Notes under the pieces: model-generated | Seen by the model: only the letters and a program-made list of their open reading frames with translations | The model's database searches: none | Told to the model about the DNA's origin: nothing | Part shown: positions 52,911 to 62,170 of the stretch, one piece after another | How the letters are laid out: each line of letters starts with the position of its first letter | Position numbering within the stretch: the stretch's first letter is position 1 | Source of the DNA: Alphaproteobacteria bacterium | GTDB taxonomy: Bacteria > Pseudomonadota > Alphaproteobacteria > UBA7887 | NCBI GenBank assembly: GCA_965216755.1 | Contig: CBDCGL010000011.1 | Location: 160,001 to 224,000 of the forward strand | Direction of reading: 5' to 3' | DNA length: 64,000 bases | Translations under genes and position numbers: made by a program

Positions 52911-53651
52911 TCAAGTTAATGCGTTATCAAAGTATGCTCGATCAACTGCAGTGCAATACTTGGATAACCGAGTCATTTGCAAGTCATTCCGAGAAACCAA
53001 TTTGCATAACCATTTCGGCGCACGATCGGCGAATTTGATCTCCATGATGATCAATCTCGGATCCACGATGTACTTGCCAGTTTCAGATTGTTTTGTAATG
53101 CCGTTGATAGATTGGTCGTACTGAACGCGCCGATCGAATGTGATTCGCAGGTCCGGTTCGAAGGTCCCAAAGAATGCGCGCCGCCTGTAAGAGACGGCCA
53201 TGCGCGGGCGAAGTTTGTACGAATATTTCAGAAAAAGAGCTTCGCGAACAATCGTGTCGTCCGATGCTGGTGGCGTGTCACGAGTGCCAGCCAGGTCGTC
53301 AGCCGCCAAACCAAATAGTTTCTCGGCCTCGGTGACGCGCAAGCGCGCCCGACGTTTCTCAAGCGTGCGGTCCAAACGTTGCTTGATCTCGACAAATAGC
53401 AGATCACCATTTCCATATCGTCGAAACCGCAGTTTACGACGGTATTTGATACCCTCAATCTTCTCCCAAAACAGGGCAAGGCCCTCCGAGTCCCAATACA
53501 CGCTGTGGACCGGGTAGCCGAATTCGTCCTCCCAATTGGGGTCGCGATAGACGTAGGGTTCTATCTCTTCGACGATACGTGGGATCCGAGTATGCGGAAC
53601 GAGGAACTTGATCTCGAATCTATTCGAGCTTCTTTTGAAGTGTTGAAGCAC
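52911..53651 (-). CDS. VTC-domain (polyphosphate polymerase/TTM) protein
   Basis: RFEIKF (ExK), SVYWD, RRKLRFRRY, FVEIKQR, YRRRAF, RITFD, MEIKF, SKYC. Confidence 0.9.
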   Translation of the reverse strand: MLQHFKRSSNRFEIKFLVPHTRIPRIVEEIEPYVYRDPNWEDEFGYPVHSVYWDSEGLALFWEKIEGIKYRRKLRFRRYGNGDLLFVEIKQRLDRTLEKRRARLRVTEAEKLFGLAADDLAGTRDTPPASDDTIVREALFLKYSYKLRPRMAVSYRRRAFFGTFEPDLRITFDRRVQYDQSINGITKQSETGKYIVDPRLIIMEIKFADRAPKWLCKLVSRNDLQMTRLSKYCTAVDRAYFDNALT

Positions 53652-53944
53652 GTCTGTCCTCAGTATTGCCCCGTAACCGACATCCGAAACTCGTCATCGG
53701 ACGATCTTATGTTTATTTACTTCGCGATGCGTCGCTGAACAGGCGACACGTTTGCACAAATGGCGCCAATTTGTCACGAACTCGTCATCTATCGTCCGTG
53801 GCGCGCGAAACAGGGTCGCCGGGACTTGACCTCTCGCCACGCCGGTGGCACCGCTATCCTATGAATTGCGAAAGTCCCGTGAGCAGATCCGTTTCGCCCG
53901 GTCGCGAACGCCTCGGCTCGAACGAGAATCCATGTCAAGACGGC

Positions 53945-55195
53945 GTGAACCGCAGGAATATTTTGCGCGTGCTGGGCGCTGGGGCAACCCTCGGGGCACT
54001 CGCCGCGTGTAAGGCGAGTCTTGGTGAGCGTTGGGTTGGGACTTGGTCGAAGGAGGCGGCCGCACGAGAGCTTGCCGCACATCGCATTTCGCGGATGGTC
54101 CCGCGCGAGATGCAGGACCGCTACAGCCACTGGGTCGGACCGAACGCGCAGCATGGTCCGGCGGGTTGGGGGCGGCGCTATCGCATACGCAGCTTGGACA
54201 CGGATCGTGGCGCTCACGGCTGGGCTATGAGCTACTGGGAAGCCGGCGAACTCGACGAATTCCTCGGCGCACGTGTCGGCGACCTTTACGACTTAGATCA
54301 GGGCGCGATGGGCGATGCATGGAAATTGGATATCGTGCTTCACGATCTGGTCGCAAACATCCTCGGCGTATCCGTGCGTGATCTGTTGGGCGCCAAGGGG
54401 CCGCCGAGCCTCCTCGCGTATAGTGCCTCAATCTACATGGAGGATGTCTGGCCGCGGGACGACCCCAAGGGGATCGATGCCATCTTGCGATCTTGCCAAA
54501 TCGACCACGATCTGGGCTATCGGGCTTTCAAGCTCAAGATCGGCCGCGGCGCGAAGCGCATGGACCGACGCGCCGGTTTGGAGCGCGACATCGCGGTGAC
54601 GTGGGCCGTCCGGGAGCGTTTTCCCAACAGCCATATCTGTGTCGACGCCAACGATAGCCTGTCCGTCGATGAGACCGTCGCATATGTGAAAGGTGCCGCC
54701 GGTGCGGACCTTTATTTTATCGAGGAGCCGTTTGTTGAGGGTCAAGATGGCCTCAAGAAGCTGCGCAGCGCCATGTTCAAGTTCAATTGCCGCGCGCTCG
54801 TCTGCGAGGGTGAGTCTCGGAGCGAACGCGCGTCACAGCGTTGGCGTTATGGCGGATACACGCAGGAGCATATCGATCGGCTGTTCCGGCTGGCCGACGA
54901 TAGACTCATCGACATTGTGAATTTGGATCTAGGACTCGTCGGATTTACGAATTGGCGGCGCATCATGCCGGAACTCGTGCGTGTTGGATTGACGGCATCG
55001 CCGCATACGTGGGCGGCGACGCCGCGGGCCTACTATGCGGCGCAGCTCGGTGGCGGCCTTGGTAATGTGGCCATTGCCGAGGGGATTCCAGGTGGTGCCG
55101 CCGACATTGACTATTCCGCTTACCGGTTCGACGCGGGCGGCCGGCTTGTATTGCCCCTCGATCGGCCGGGTTTTGGCCTCACGCTGCGCGCCTGA
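53945..55195 (+). CDS. Enolase-superfamily (mandelate racemase/MLE) enzyme with Tat-lipoprotein signal
   Basis: NRRNIL...LAAC signal; FKLKIG, VDAN, IEEP, GE, SPH. Confidence 0.78.
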   Translation: MNRRNILRVLGAGATLGALAACKASLGERWVGTWSKEAAARELAAHRISRMVPREMQDRYSHWVGPNAQHGPAGWGRRYRIRSLDTDRGAHGWAMSYWEAGELDEFLGARVGDLYDLDQGAMGDAWKLDIVLHDLVANILGVSVRDLLGAKGPPSLLAYSASIYMEDVWPRDDPKGIDAILRSCQIDHDLGYRAFKLKIGRGAKRMDRRAGLERDIAVTWAVRERFPNSHICVDANDSLSVDETVAYVKGAAGADLYFIEEPFVEGQDGLKKLRSAMFKFNCRALVCEGESRSERASQRWRYGGYTQEHIDRLFRLADDRLIDIVNLDLGLVGFTNWRRIMPELVRVGLTASPHTWAATPRAYYAAQLGGGLGNVAIAEGIPGGAADIDYSAYRFDAGGRLVLPLDRPGFGLTLRA

Positions 55196-55226
55196 AACGT
55201 TAGAATCGGAACCCAAGCGATGGTCA

Positions 55227-56114
55227 TCAGCGACTGTCGCCGCGCATTCTTGCCGCGCGTTCAAGAATGCGCAGGGCCTGTTTTTGATGCGGAATATCGA
55301 TCATTTTGCCGTCAAGTGACACCGCGCCACTGCCACCGGCATTCTCAAACGCCTTCACAACGGCCTGGGCGTGGGCGATATCCGCCGCCGAGGGCGTCAT
55401 TGCGTCATTGATAATTGGCACCTGACGCGGGTGAATCGCGATTTTTCCGGTGAAGCCTTGCCGCTGCGAAAGTTGGGTCGTGGCGCGCAGCCCTTCGTCA
55501 TCGCGGAAATCCGTGTACACCGTGTCAACCGGCTGGATGCCCCCTGCAACCGCCGCAAATAGGCACAAGGACTTGGCGAATTCATATGGCGCGTCCCAGC
55601 CGCCCGCGCCGTTCTTGTTGGTTTGGGCGCCCAGTTCCGCACTTAGATCTTCCGCGCCCCAGGCGCAGGCCGCCAAACGTGGACTCGACCCTGCCAACTC
55701 GCCCATGCGGAACATGACGTCCGGCGTTTCCGTGGCGATGACCAGAATGCGGATACGGTTCGGTGCCAAACCGTCGCGCGCCTCCAATGCGCTCAAATAG
55801 TGACACAAAGTTGTGACGTCTTCTCCGCGCCGCACCTTTGGTAAGACGATGCCGCCGAGTCCCGCTGAGACGACGGTGCTCAAGTCAGGTAAGGCATCGG
55901 CGGTTTCCAATGGATTGATCCGGACCCACCGCTCAATGTCCGTGTTTTCGACCTCTCTGAGTGTGTTGCGCACCAGCGCGCGTGCCGTCGCTTTCCGATC
56001 AGGCATGACTGCGTCTTCCAAGTCGTAAATCAACGCATCCGCGCCACTTTCGTCACCTTTGGCAATCTTGCGTTCACTGTCGCCAGGGACGAACAAATAC
56101 GATCGGGCGTTCAT
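55227..56114 (-). CDS. CitE-like acyl-CoA lyase (citramalyl/malyl-CoA lyase family)
   Basis: RSYLFVPG, DLEDAV, WVRIN, GAEDL, GFTGKIAIHPRQ, DGKMID.PH. Confidence 0.9.
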   Translation of the reverse strand: MNARSYLFVPGDSERKIAKGDESGADALIYDLEDAVMPDRKATARALVRNTLREVENTDIERWVRINPLETADALPDLSTVVSAGLGGIVLPKVRRGEDVTTLCHYLSALEARDGLAPNRIRILVIATETPDVMFRMGELAGSSPRLAACAWGAEDLSAELGAQTNKNGAGGWDAPYEFAKSLCLFAAVAGGIQPVDTVYTDFRDDEGLRATTQLSQRQGFTGKIAIHPRQVPIINDAMTPSAADIAHAQAVVKAFENAGGSGAVSLDGKMIDIPHQKQALRILERAARMRGDSR

Positions 56115-56566
56115 GTTGCAGGCTTCCTGTGCATCAGACCGGACCGCTCGCAGGTCCCGACCAACTCATCATGCTGGTTGAAGGCACGATGCTCAAACGT
56201 CACGATGCCCGTATCGGGTCGGGATTTGCTGGCGCGCATTTGGACCACTTCGGTCTCAACTCGGATCGTATCGCCGTGAAACAAAGGTTTCGGAAATCGC
56301 ACCTTGTCCCAACCGAGGTTAGCGACCGTCGTGCCCAATGTGGTATCTCCAACCGAGATCCCGACCATCAAGCCCAAAGTGAACGCGCTGTTGACGATCC
56401 GTTGGCCGAACTCCGTGTTTTTGCAATACTCTTCATCAAGATGGAGAGCCGCCGGATTGTGGGTGAGTGCACTGAAAAACGTGTTGTCGGCTTCCGTTAT
56501 TGTGCGCCGCATGGCGTGCTTGAAGACATGACCGATTTCAAACTCTTCATAGTACAGACCCGCCAT
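56111..56566 (-). CDS. MaoC-family (R)-enoyl-CoA hydratase
   Basis: GLYYEEF, RTITEADN...THNPAALH.D, ANLGW, GDT; AGGGGAGG RBS. Confidence 0.9.
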   Translation of the reverse strand: MAGLYYEEFEIGHVFKHAMRRTITEADNTFFSALTHNPAALHLDEEYCKNTEFGQRIVNSAFTLGLMVGISVGDTTLGTTVANLGWDKVRFPKPLFHGDTIRVETEVVQMRASKSRPDTGIVTFEHRAFNQHDELVGTCERSGLMHRKPAT

Positions 56567-56602
56567 GGTTCCTCCCCTCTCAATCCCTGACTCGAGCAAG
56601 GG

Positions 56603-56618
56603 TGGCACCGTAGTTGCT
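56603..56618 (+). promoter_or_regulatory. Putative sigma54 (-24/-12) promoter
   Basis: TGGCACCGTAGTTGCT matches TGGCAC-N5-TTGC with correct spacing, upstream of the methyltransferase-PrpD run. Confidence 0.45.
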
Positions 56619-56760
56619 TTTCGCCGCCGCGGCATTCGATAAATCCGAACTGTGGGCACGACCATACAACGCCGCCCCTATCATCACTGCGCCTCGGCCG
56701 CTATTGGATCGATCCGTTGGTCACGGTTCTTAGATGGCTGGCTGCAAGGGCGGGTCCTTC

Positions 56761-57588
56761 ATGGTTGAACGTTCAGGCAACTATCCCATTGACACCCGTC
56801 AGTCCGAGATTGCTCGTTTGCGCATGCAGGCTGAGGCAATGGCCTTTGATGCCGGCGTGATGCTCGATCGCATCGGCGTTAAAAGGGGGTGGCAGTGTCT
56901 CGACTTGGCATGTGGTTGCGGCGGCATTGTCGATCTACTGAGTGCACGCGTTGGGCCCACAGGCTCCGTAACCGGTCTTGATTTCGACGATGCCTTGCTT
57001 GCGGTGGCGCGCGAATGGGCCGACGAGCGCGGCCTTGGGAACGTTGACTGGGTCCGTGACGACGCCTACCGCACTCAATTGCCGGCCGGCATATTCGATT
57101 TGGTGCACATGCGCTTCATCCTGAGTACAGCTGGCAATGCGGACGAGCTCTTGTCCGAAGCAGCACGTCTGACGAAGCCCGGCGGCGTGATTGCCGCGCA
57201 GGAACCGGACATAGAGACTTTGCATTGTTATCCGCCACATCCCGCGTGGGACAGGCTACGTAACCTGCTGGAGCTGGTATTCGGTCGTGTTGGGAATATC
57301 CGAATGGCGCAGCATTTGTTTCGCCAGTTTCATGCCTTAGGCTTAGCCCGCGTTGCTTATCGGCCCTTTTTGGTGGGGTTTACGAATCAAGATCCGATGG
57401 CCGACTATTTGCCGCAAACTCTGCTCTCTTTGAAGACCACGCTTGTCGACAACGATGGCATTGATCCGAACGAAATCGATGACACGGTTGCAGCCCTGCG
57501 CACACATATGGCAAAACCGGACACGATTTCGACCAGTTACCTGGTCGCACAAGTCTGGGGCATCAAGAATGGCGAAGGGGTCCGCTGA
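56761..57588 (+). CDS. Class I SAM-dependent methyltransferase
   Basis: LDLACGCG motif I, VTGLD, FDLVHMRF, KPGG. Confidence 0.85.
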   Translation: MVERSGNYPIDTRQSEIARLRMQAEAMAFDAGVMLDRIGVKRGWQCLDLACGCGGIVDLLSARVGPTGSVTGLDFDDALLAVAREWADERGLGNVDWVRDDAYRTQLPAGIFDLVHMRFILSTAGNADELLSEAARLTKPGGVIAAQEPDIETLHCYPPHPAWDRLRNLLELVFGRVGNIRMAQHLFRQFHALGLARVAYRPFLVGFTNQDPMADYLPQTLLSLKTTLVDNDGIDPNEIDDTVAALRTHMAKPDTISTSYLVAQVWGIKNGEGVR

Positions 57589-57722
57589 ACCCAACGATCC
57601 GCCGCCAATGCTGCGTACCGCAGCGCGACCTGCGGGCCCTGTCGGACCTATGGGAATTGAGCGCAGATTTGCACGGATGACAAATCGGCGGCACCATAGA
57701 TAGCAGATTGCTCGAGGTACTG

Positions 57723-59138
57723 ATGGTTTCCATTACGCGTGAATTGGCCGAATTTGTTAGCGACCTGTCATATGGGGCGTTGCCCCTGGCGGTTGTGGAA
57801 CGGGCCAAATCGCTTGTGTTGGATAGCGTTGGCATTGCCGTGCGCGCGCGCCACGACGCTGAGTCAACAGAAAGCGTGCTTGCGGCGGTTAAAGCGCTTG
57901 GATTTGGGCATGGACAGGCGACAATTATCGGCAGCGACGATTGCGTTTCGCCACCGGCAGCGGCCCTGATCAATGGCACGCTCATTCATTCCTTGGATTT
58001 TGATGATACGCATGCGCGTGGCTCGATCCACTCCAGCGCGCCAATCGTACCGGCGGCCTTGGCCGCTGCGGAAATGGTTGGCGCCAATGGCCGCGAACTG
58101 CTTGCCGGGATCGTCGCCGGCTATGAAGTCCAAATCCGCTTAGGCCTGGCCCTGGTGCCGAAGGATCACTACGCGCGGGGCTATCATCCAACGGCCACGT
58201 GCGGGGCATTTGGCGCCGCCGCGGCCGCAGCAAAGATCTTTGGTTTGTCCGCTGCACAAATCGCCGATGCTTTCGGCGTCTGTCTAAGCCAGACTGCCGG
58301 CACTGTCCAATTCCTTGCCAACGGGGCATGGACCAAGCGTTTTCAAGTTGGAAACGCGGCGATGAACGGCTTGGTGGCCGCCAGTTTGGCGCGCGAGGGC
58401 TTCAAAGGAGCTGCCGAGGCGATCGAAGGCCGGGCAGGGTTTCTACGTGCCTACGCGCCGGAACCCGATTTCAGCAAGGCGGTCGTGGGTCTTGGCGCCC
58501 ATTTTGAAACGTTGGCGATTGCGGTAAAGCCCTATCCGTGTTGCCGTTATAGCCATGCCGCCATGGATGCGCTGATTGCGTTGCGGAATGAAAACAACAT
58601 CGGCGCAGACGAGATCCAGTCGGTCGAGATTGGCCTGCCGCAGACGGGCTGGGAAATCATCGGTCACCCGGAATCAGACAAGCATCAGCCAACGAGCATC
58701 GTCGACGGCCAGTTCTCCATGCCGTTCTTGGCGGCCGTCGCGTTGCTTGACGGAGGACTGGTTTGGGATTCCTACAGACGCCATCTGGCAAGCGCAAAGA
58801 CCTTGGGATTGTGTCGGCGCGTGCACTCGGTTGTTGATCCGCGGGCCGCGGCGGCCTTTCCTGAGCAAATGGCAGCTGTCGCACGTGTGACGACATCGCG
58901 TGGCCGATTTGAACGGTTCGTCGAGGTGCCAAAAGGCGAGCCGGAGAATTTTCCGACGGGGGACGAACAACGTGCCAAATTCGAAGGTTTGGCCGGGCCC
59001 TATTTGTCGCCTGAGCGATTGACAGCCGCGTATGCGGCGCTGATGTCGCTCAATGACGCAGATTGTATCAGGGCCGTGCTTCGTCTAACCCATCCCGAGG
59101 TTGCCGTGTCGATGAAAGTGGCAGCGGCGGTTCAATAG
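57723..59138 (+). CDS. MmgE/PrpD family protein
   Basis: NGTLIHSLDFDDTH, GYHPT, KPYPCCRYSH, QFSMPF, KGEPEN. Confidence 0.9.
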   Translation: MVSITRELAEFVSDLSYGALPLAVVERAKSLVLDSVGIAVRARHDAESTESVLAAVKALGFGHGQATIIGSDDCVSPPAAALINGTLIHSLDFDDTHARGSIHSSAPIVPAALAAAEMVGANGRELLAGIVAGYEVQIRLGLALVPKDHYARGYHPTATCGAFGAAAAAAKIFGLSAAQIADAFGVCLSQTAGTVQFLANGAWTKRFQVGNAAMNGLVAASLAREGFKGAAEAIEGRAGFLRAYAPEPDFSKAVVGLGAHFETLAIAVKPYPCCRYSHAAMDALIALRNENNIGADEIQSVEIGLPQTGWEIIGHPESDKHQPTSIVDGQFSMPFLAAVALLDGGLVWDSYRRHLASAKTLGLCRRVHSVVDPRAAAAFPEQMAAVARVTTSRGRFERFVEVPKGEPENFPTGDEQRAKFEGLAGPYLSPERLTAAYAALMSLNDADCIRAVLRLTHPEVAVSMKVAAAVQ

Positions 59139-59149
59139 GAAAATCGTGA

Positions 59150-59656
59150 ATGAGCTTTGTCCAAGAGTGTGTCGGCGCGAATCGATATCGTGAATCATTC
59201 GGCCGTCATTTCGAGGATTTCACTGTCGGTGATGTTTACGAACACCGCCCGGGGCGGACGATCAGCGAGGCGGACAACACGTGGTTCACGTTGCTGACCA
59301 TGAACAACCATCCGCTCCATTTCGATGCCGCCTATGCATCCAAAAGCGAATTCGGACAATTGGTCGTCAACAGTGCGCTCACGCTTTCGATCGTGGCGGG
59401 TATGACGGTCAGTGGTGTTTCGCAAAAAGCGATTGCCAATCTGGGATGGAACGATATTCGGCTGACCGCGCCGGTATTCGTCGGCGACACGATCTATGCC
59501 GAGTCCGAGGTGCTTTCGAAGCGCGAGTCCAAGTCGCGGCCGCAACAGGGGATTGTCACGGTCAAGACCACGGGCAAGAAGGCCGACGGTACCGTATTCA
59601 TGTCCTACGAAAGGACCGTTCTTGTGCCAAAACGCGGCCATGCGGTTGACGATTAG
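59150..59656 (+). CDS. MaoC-family hydratase, RipB/itaconyl-CoA hydratase-like
   Basis: RYRESFGRHFEDF..GDVYEHRPGRTISEADNTWFTLLTMNNHPLHFD, SQKAIANLGW. Confidence 0.8.
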   Translation: MSFVQECVGANRYRESFGRHFEDFTVGDVYEHRPGRTISEADNTWFTLLTMNNHPLHFDAAYASKSEFGQLVVNSALTLSIVAGMTVSGVSQKAIANLGWNDIRLTAPVFVGDTIYAESEVLSKRESKSRPQQGIVTVKTTGKKADGTVFMSYERTVLVPKRGHAVDD

Positions 59657-59667
59657 GACGCAGTGTC

Positions 59668-60834
59668 ATGCCTGACGATGACCGCGGCCTTTCGAACGAC
59701 CCCGAACAGCTGATTTTAGACAGTATCGACCGGTTTCTCGAACGAGATGTGAGGCCTGTCGCTCGCGCGTTGGAATCCGAAGACGCGTACCCCGCAGAAA
59801 TCGTTGAGAAGATGAAGGCGCTGGGTTTGTTTGGCGCGACCATTGGCCAAGAATACGGCGGATTGGGACTGTCAACGGCGACATACGCCAAAATCGTCGA
59901 ACGTGTATCTGCCGTTTGGATGTCGGTTTCCGGCATATTTAATTCTCATTTGATCATGGCTGCGGCCGTTCACAGGTTCGGCACGGACGCCCAAAAAAGG
60001 TACTACTTGCCACGCTTTGCCTCTGGTGAAATGCGTGGCGGCATTGCCCTTACTGAACCCGGTTGCGGCACGGATCTGCAAGCAATTCGCACTCGCGCCG
60101 ATCGCGACGGCGATACTTATGTCGTTAATGGCACGAAGACCTGGATTACCAACAGTCTTCATGGCCAAATTTTGGCCGTGTTGGTCAAGACCGACCCGCG
60201 CGCAGATCCCAAACATAGGGGTATGAGTCTGCTGTTGATGGAGAAGGGCCCGGGCCTTACCGTCAGCCGAAAAATGCAGAAACTCGGATACCGCGGAATT
60301 GATACTGCCGAGGTGATATTCGAAGACTGCCGGGTACCGGCCGAACGCTTGATCGGCGTCGAAGAAGGTCGTGGACTTCAACAAATTCTCAATGGATTGG
60401 CGCTTGGCCGCATCAATGTGGCTGCGCGTGGCGTCGGCCTGGCGCGTGCCTGTCTTGAAGAGTCGATCGCCTACGCGCAAACTCGCGAAACGTTCGGCAA
60501 ACCCATTTGCCAGCACCAGGCCATTCAAATCAAACTTGCCGATATGGCGACGCAAGTTGAAGCGGCCCGGCTTTTGGTCGCTGCGGCGGCCAGGGCCTAT
60601 GACGCCGGCGAACGTTGTGACATGGAAGCCGGCATCGCAAAGCTGTTTGCGACCGAGGCCGCCCTGAGTAACAGCTTGGAGGCGATGCGCCTCCACGGCG
60701 CCTATGGCTATTCGAAGGAGTTCAATATCGAACGATACTATCGCGACGCGCCGTTGCTGGCGATCGGCGAAGGCACCAACGAATTGCAGCGCATTTTGAT
60801 CGCACGTCAGCTCGTTGAGCGTAACCCGGTCTAG
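59668..60834 (+). CDS. Acyl-CoA dehydrogenase
   Basis: ALTEPGCGTD, NGTKTWITN, RETFGKPI, HGAYGY, IGEGTNELQR. Confidence 0.93.
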   Translation: MPDDDRGLSNDPEQLILDSIDRFLERDVRPVARALESEDAYPAEIVEKMKALGLFGATIGQEYGGLGLSTATYAKIVERVSAVWMSVSGIFNSHLIMAAAVHRFGTDAQKRYYLPRFASGEMRGGIALTEPGCGTDLQAIRTRADRDGDTYVVNGTKTWITNSLHGQILAVLVKTDPRADPKHRGMSLLLMEKGPGLTVSRKMQKLGYRGIDTAEVIFEDCRVPAERLIGVEEGRGLQQILNGLALGRINVAARGVGLARACLEESIAYAQTRETFGKPICQHQAIQIKLADMATQVEAARLLVAAAARAYDAGERCDMEAGIAKLFATEAALSNSLEAMRLHGAYGYSKEFNIERYYRDAPLLAIGEGTNELQRILIARQLVERNPV

Positions 60835-60845
60835 GGTCGCCGATC

Positions 60846-62033
60846 ATGTTGCCGCTCTCAGGGGTTCGCGTTCTTGCCGTCGAGCAATATGGCGCTGGAC
60901 CATTTGGCACAATGTACCTGGCCAACTTGGGCGCAGAAGTGATCAAGATCGAGAATCCGGCGGACGGCGGCGACATGTCTCGAGGCGTTGGGCCGCATTT
61001 TTTTGCGCCGGGCGATAGCTTTTTTTTCCATAGCCTAAACAGCAACAAAAAGAGTTTGACCCTCGACTTGGATCATGAGCAGGGACAGGCTGTTTTTCAT
61101 GACTTGGTGGCGAGTGCCGATGCGGTCACCTGCAATTTACGCGGCGATGTGCCGGCGAAACTTGGCCTCACTTACGAGACGCTGAAGGCGCATAACGCCA
61201 AGATCGTGTGCGCCCACCTGACCGCTTATGGACGCAAAGGGCCGCGCAAATCCTGGCCGGGCTATGACTACTTGATGCAGGCGGAAGCCGGCTATTTCGC
61301 GATCACGGGGGAACCTGGTGGCCCGCCGACCCGCTTCGGTTTGTCGGTTATCGACATGATGACCGGACTGGCGATGTCTTACGCGGTTTTGGCGGCTTTA
61401 ACCGCGGCCCGCGCGTCCGGGGTAGGGCGCGATATTGACGTGAGCTTGTTTGATGTCGCGTTACATAATCTCAACTACTTGGCCGCGTGGTATCTCAACA
61501 CAGGACATGCGCAGTCGCGTCTCCCGCGTTCCGCCCATCCTTCGCTTGCGCCGTGTGAACTATTCTCCACTCGGGACGGGTGGATATTTCTCATGTGCAA
61601 CAAAGAGAAGTTCTGGCCAGCGTTGTGCCGGACCCTTGGCCACCCGGAATGGGCGGACGATCCCCGCTTTCGGACGTTTGACGATCGGCGTGCCCATCAC
61701 GACGCCATGGTAGAGCTCTTGGACGTCGCCTTGGGAAAGCGCACAACCGACGAATGGATGCAGTGTTTCGCGGGCGTTGTGCCGGCCGCGCCGGTCCATG
61801 ATATTGCCCAGGCCTTGGACAATCCGTTTGTCATCGACAATGGGCGGCTTCAGACATTTGTCCACCCCGATGCTGGCGCGTATCGCTTGGTGGCGCCGCC
61901 GATCCGCTGTGACGATACGCAGCCGCCGGCGCACCCCGCGCCGGCATTGGGTGCTGATACCGATACGATCCTTGGCGAGCTTGGTTATGATGCCGCGCGG
62001 CGCGCCCAGCTTCGCGACGCAAAGGTCATTTGA
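60846..62033 (+). CDS. CaiB/BaiF family III CoA-transferase
   Basis: AGPFG...LGAEVIKIE, NSNKKSL, PGYDYLMQA, APALGADT. Confidence 0.93.
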   Translation: MLPLSGVRVLAVEQYGAGPFGTMYLANLGAEVIKIENPADGGDMSRGVGPHFFAPGDSFFFHSLNSNKKSLTLDLDHEQGQAVFHDLVASADAVTCNLRGDVPAKLGLTYETLKAHNAKIVCAHLTAYGRKGPRKSWPGYDYLMQAEAGYFAITGEPGGPPTRFGLSVIDMMTGLAMSYAVLAALTAARASGVGRDIDVSLFDVALHNLNYLAAWYLNTGHAQSRLPRSAHPSLAPCELFSTRDGWIFLMCNKEKFWPALCRTLGHPEWADDPRFRTFDDRRAHHDAMVELLDVALGKRTTDEWMQCFAGVVPAAPVHDIAQALDNPFVIDNGRLQTFVHPDAGAYRLVAPPIRCDDTQPPAHPAPALGADTDTILGELGYDAARRAQLRDAKVI

Positions 62034-62170
62034 GCGCCCGCACGGCAGTTGGTCGGGCGGTGGCGGAGCCGTGTTCTCCCCTCTTGCCAGCCTGGCGATT
62101 ATGGCAGGCTCCACCAGCCTCATGTTCTGTTAAAGCCAGTCGCTGCGGGACCGACGATCGGATGCATTCC

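Noticed and set aside
53666-53944. Long N-terminal extension of the enolase-family ORF
   Set aside because: Non-protein-like sequence spanning the divergent promoter region; the Tat signal indicates a start at 53945.
61020-61027. T8 run in the CoA-transferase
   Set aside because: In frame (Phe codons); ORF intact.
62030-62170. N-terminal extension of the CDGSH/glutamate synthase ORF
   Set aside because: Recognisable domain starts at MDKPIIA; the upstream codons look non-coding.
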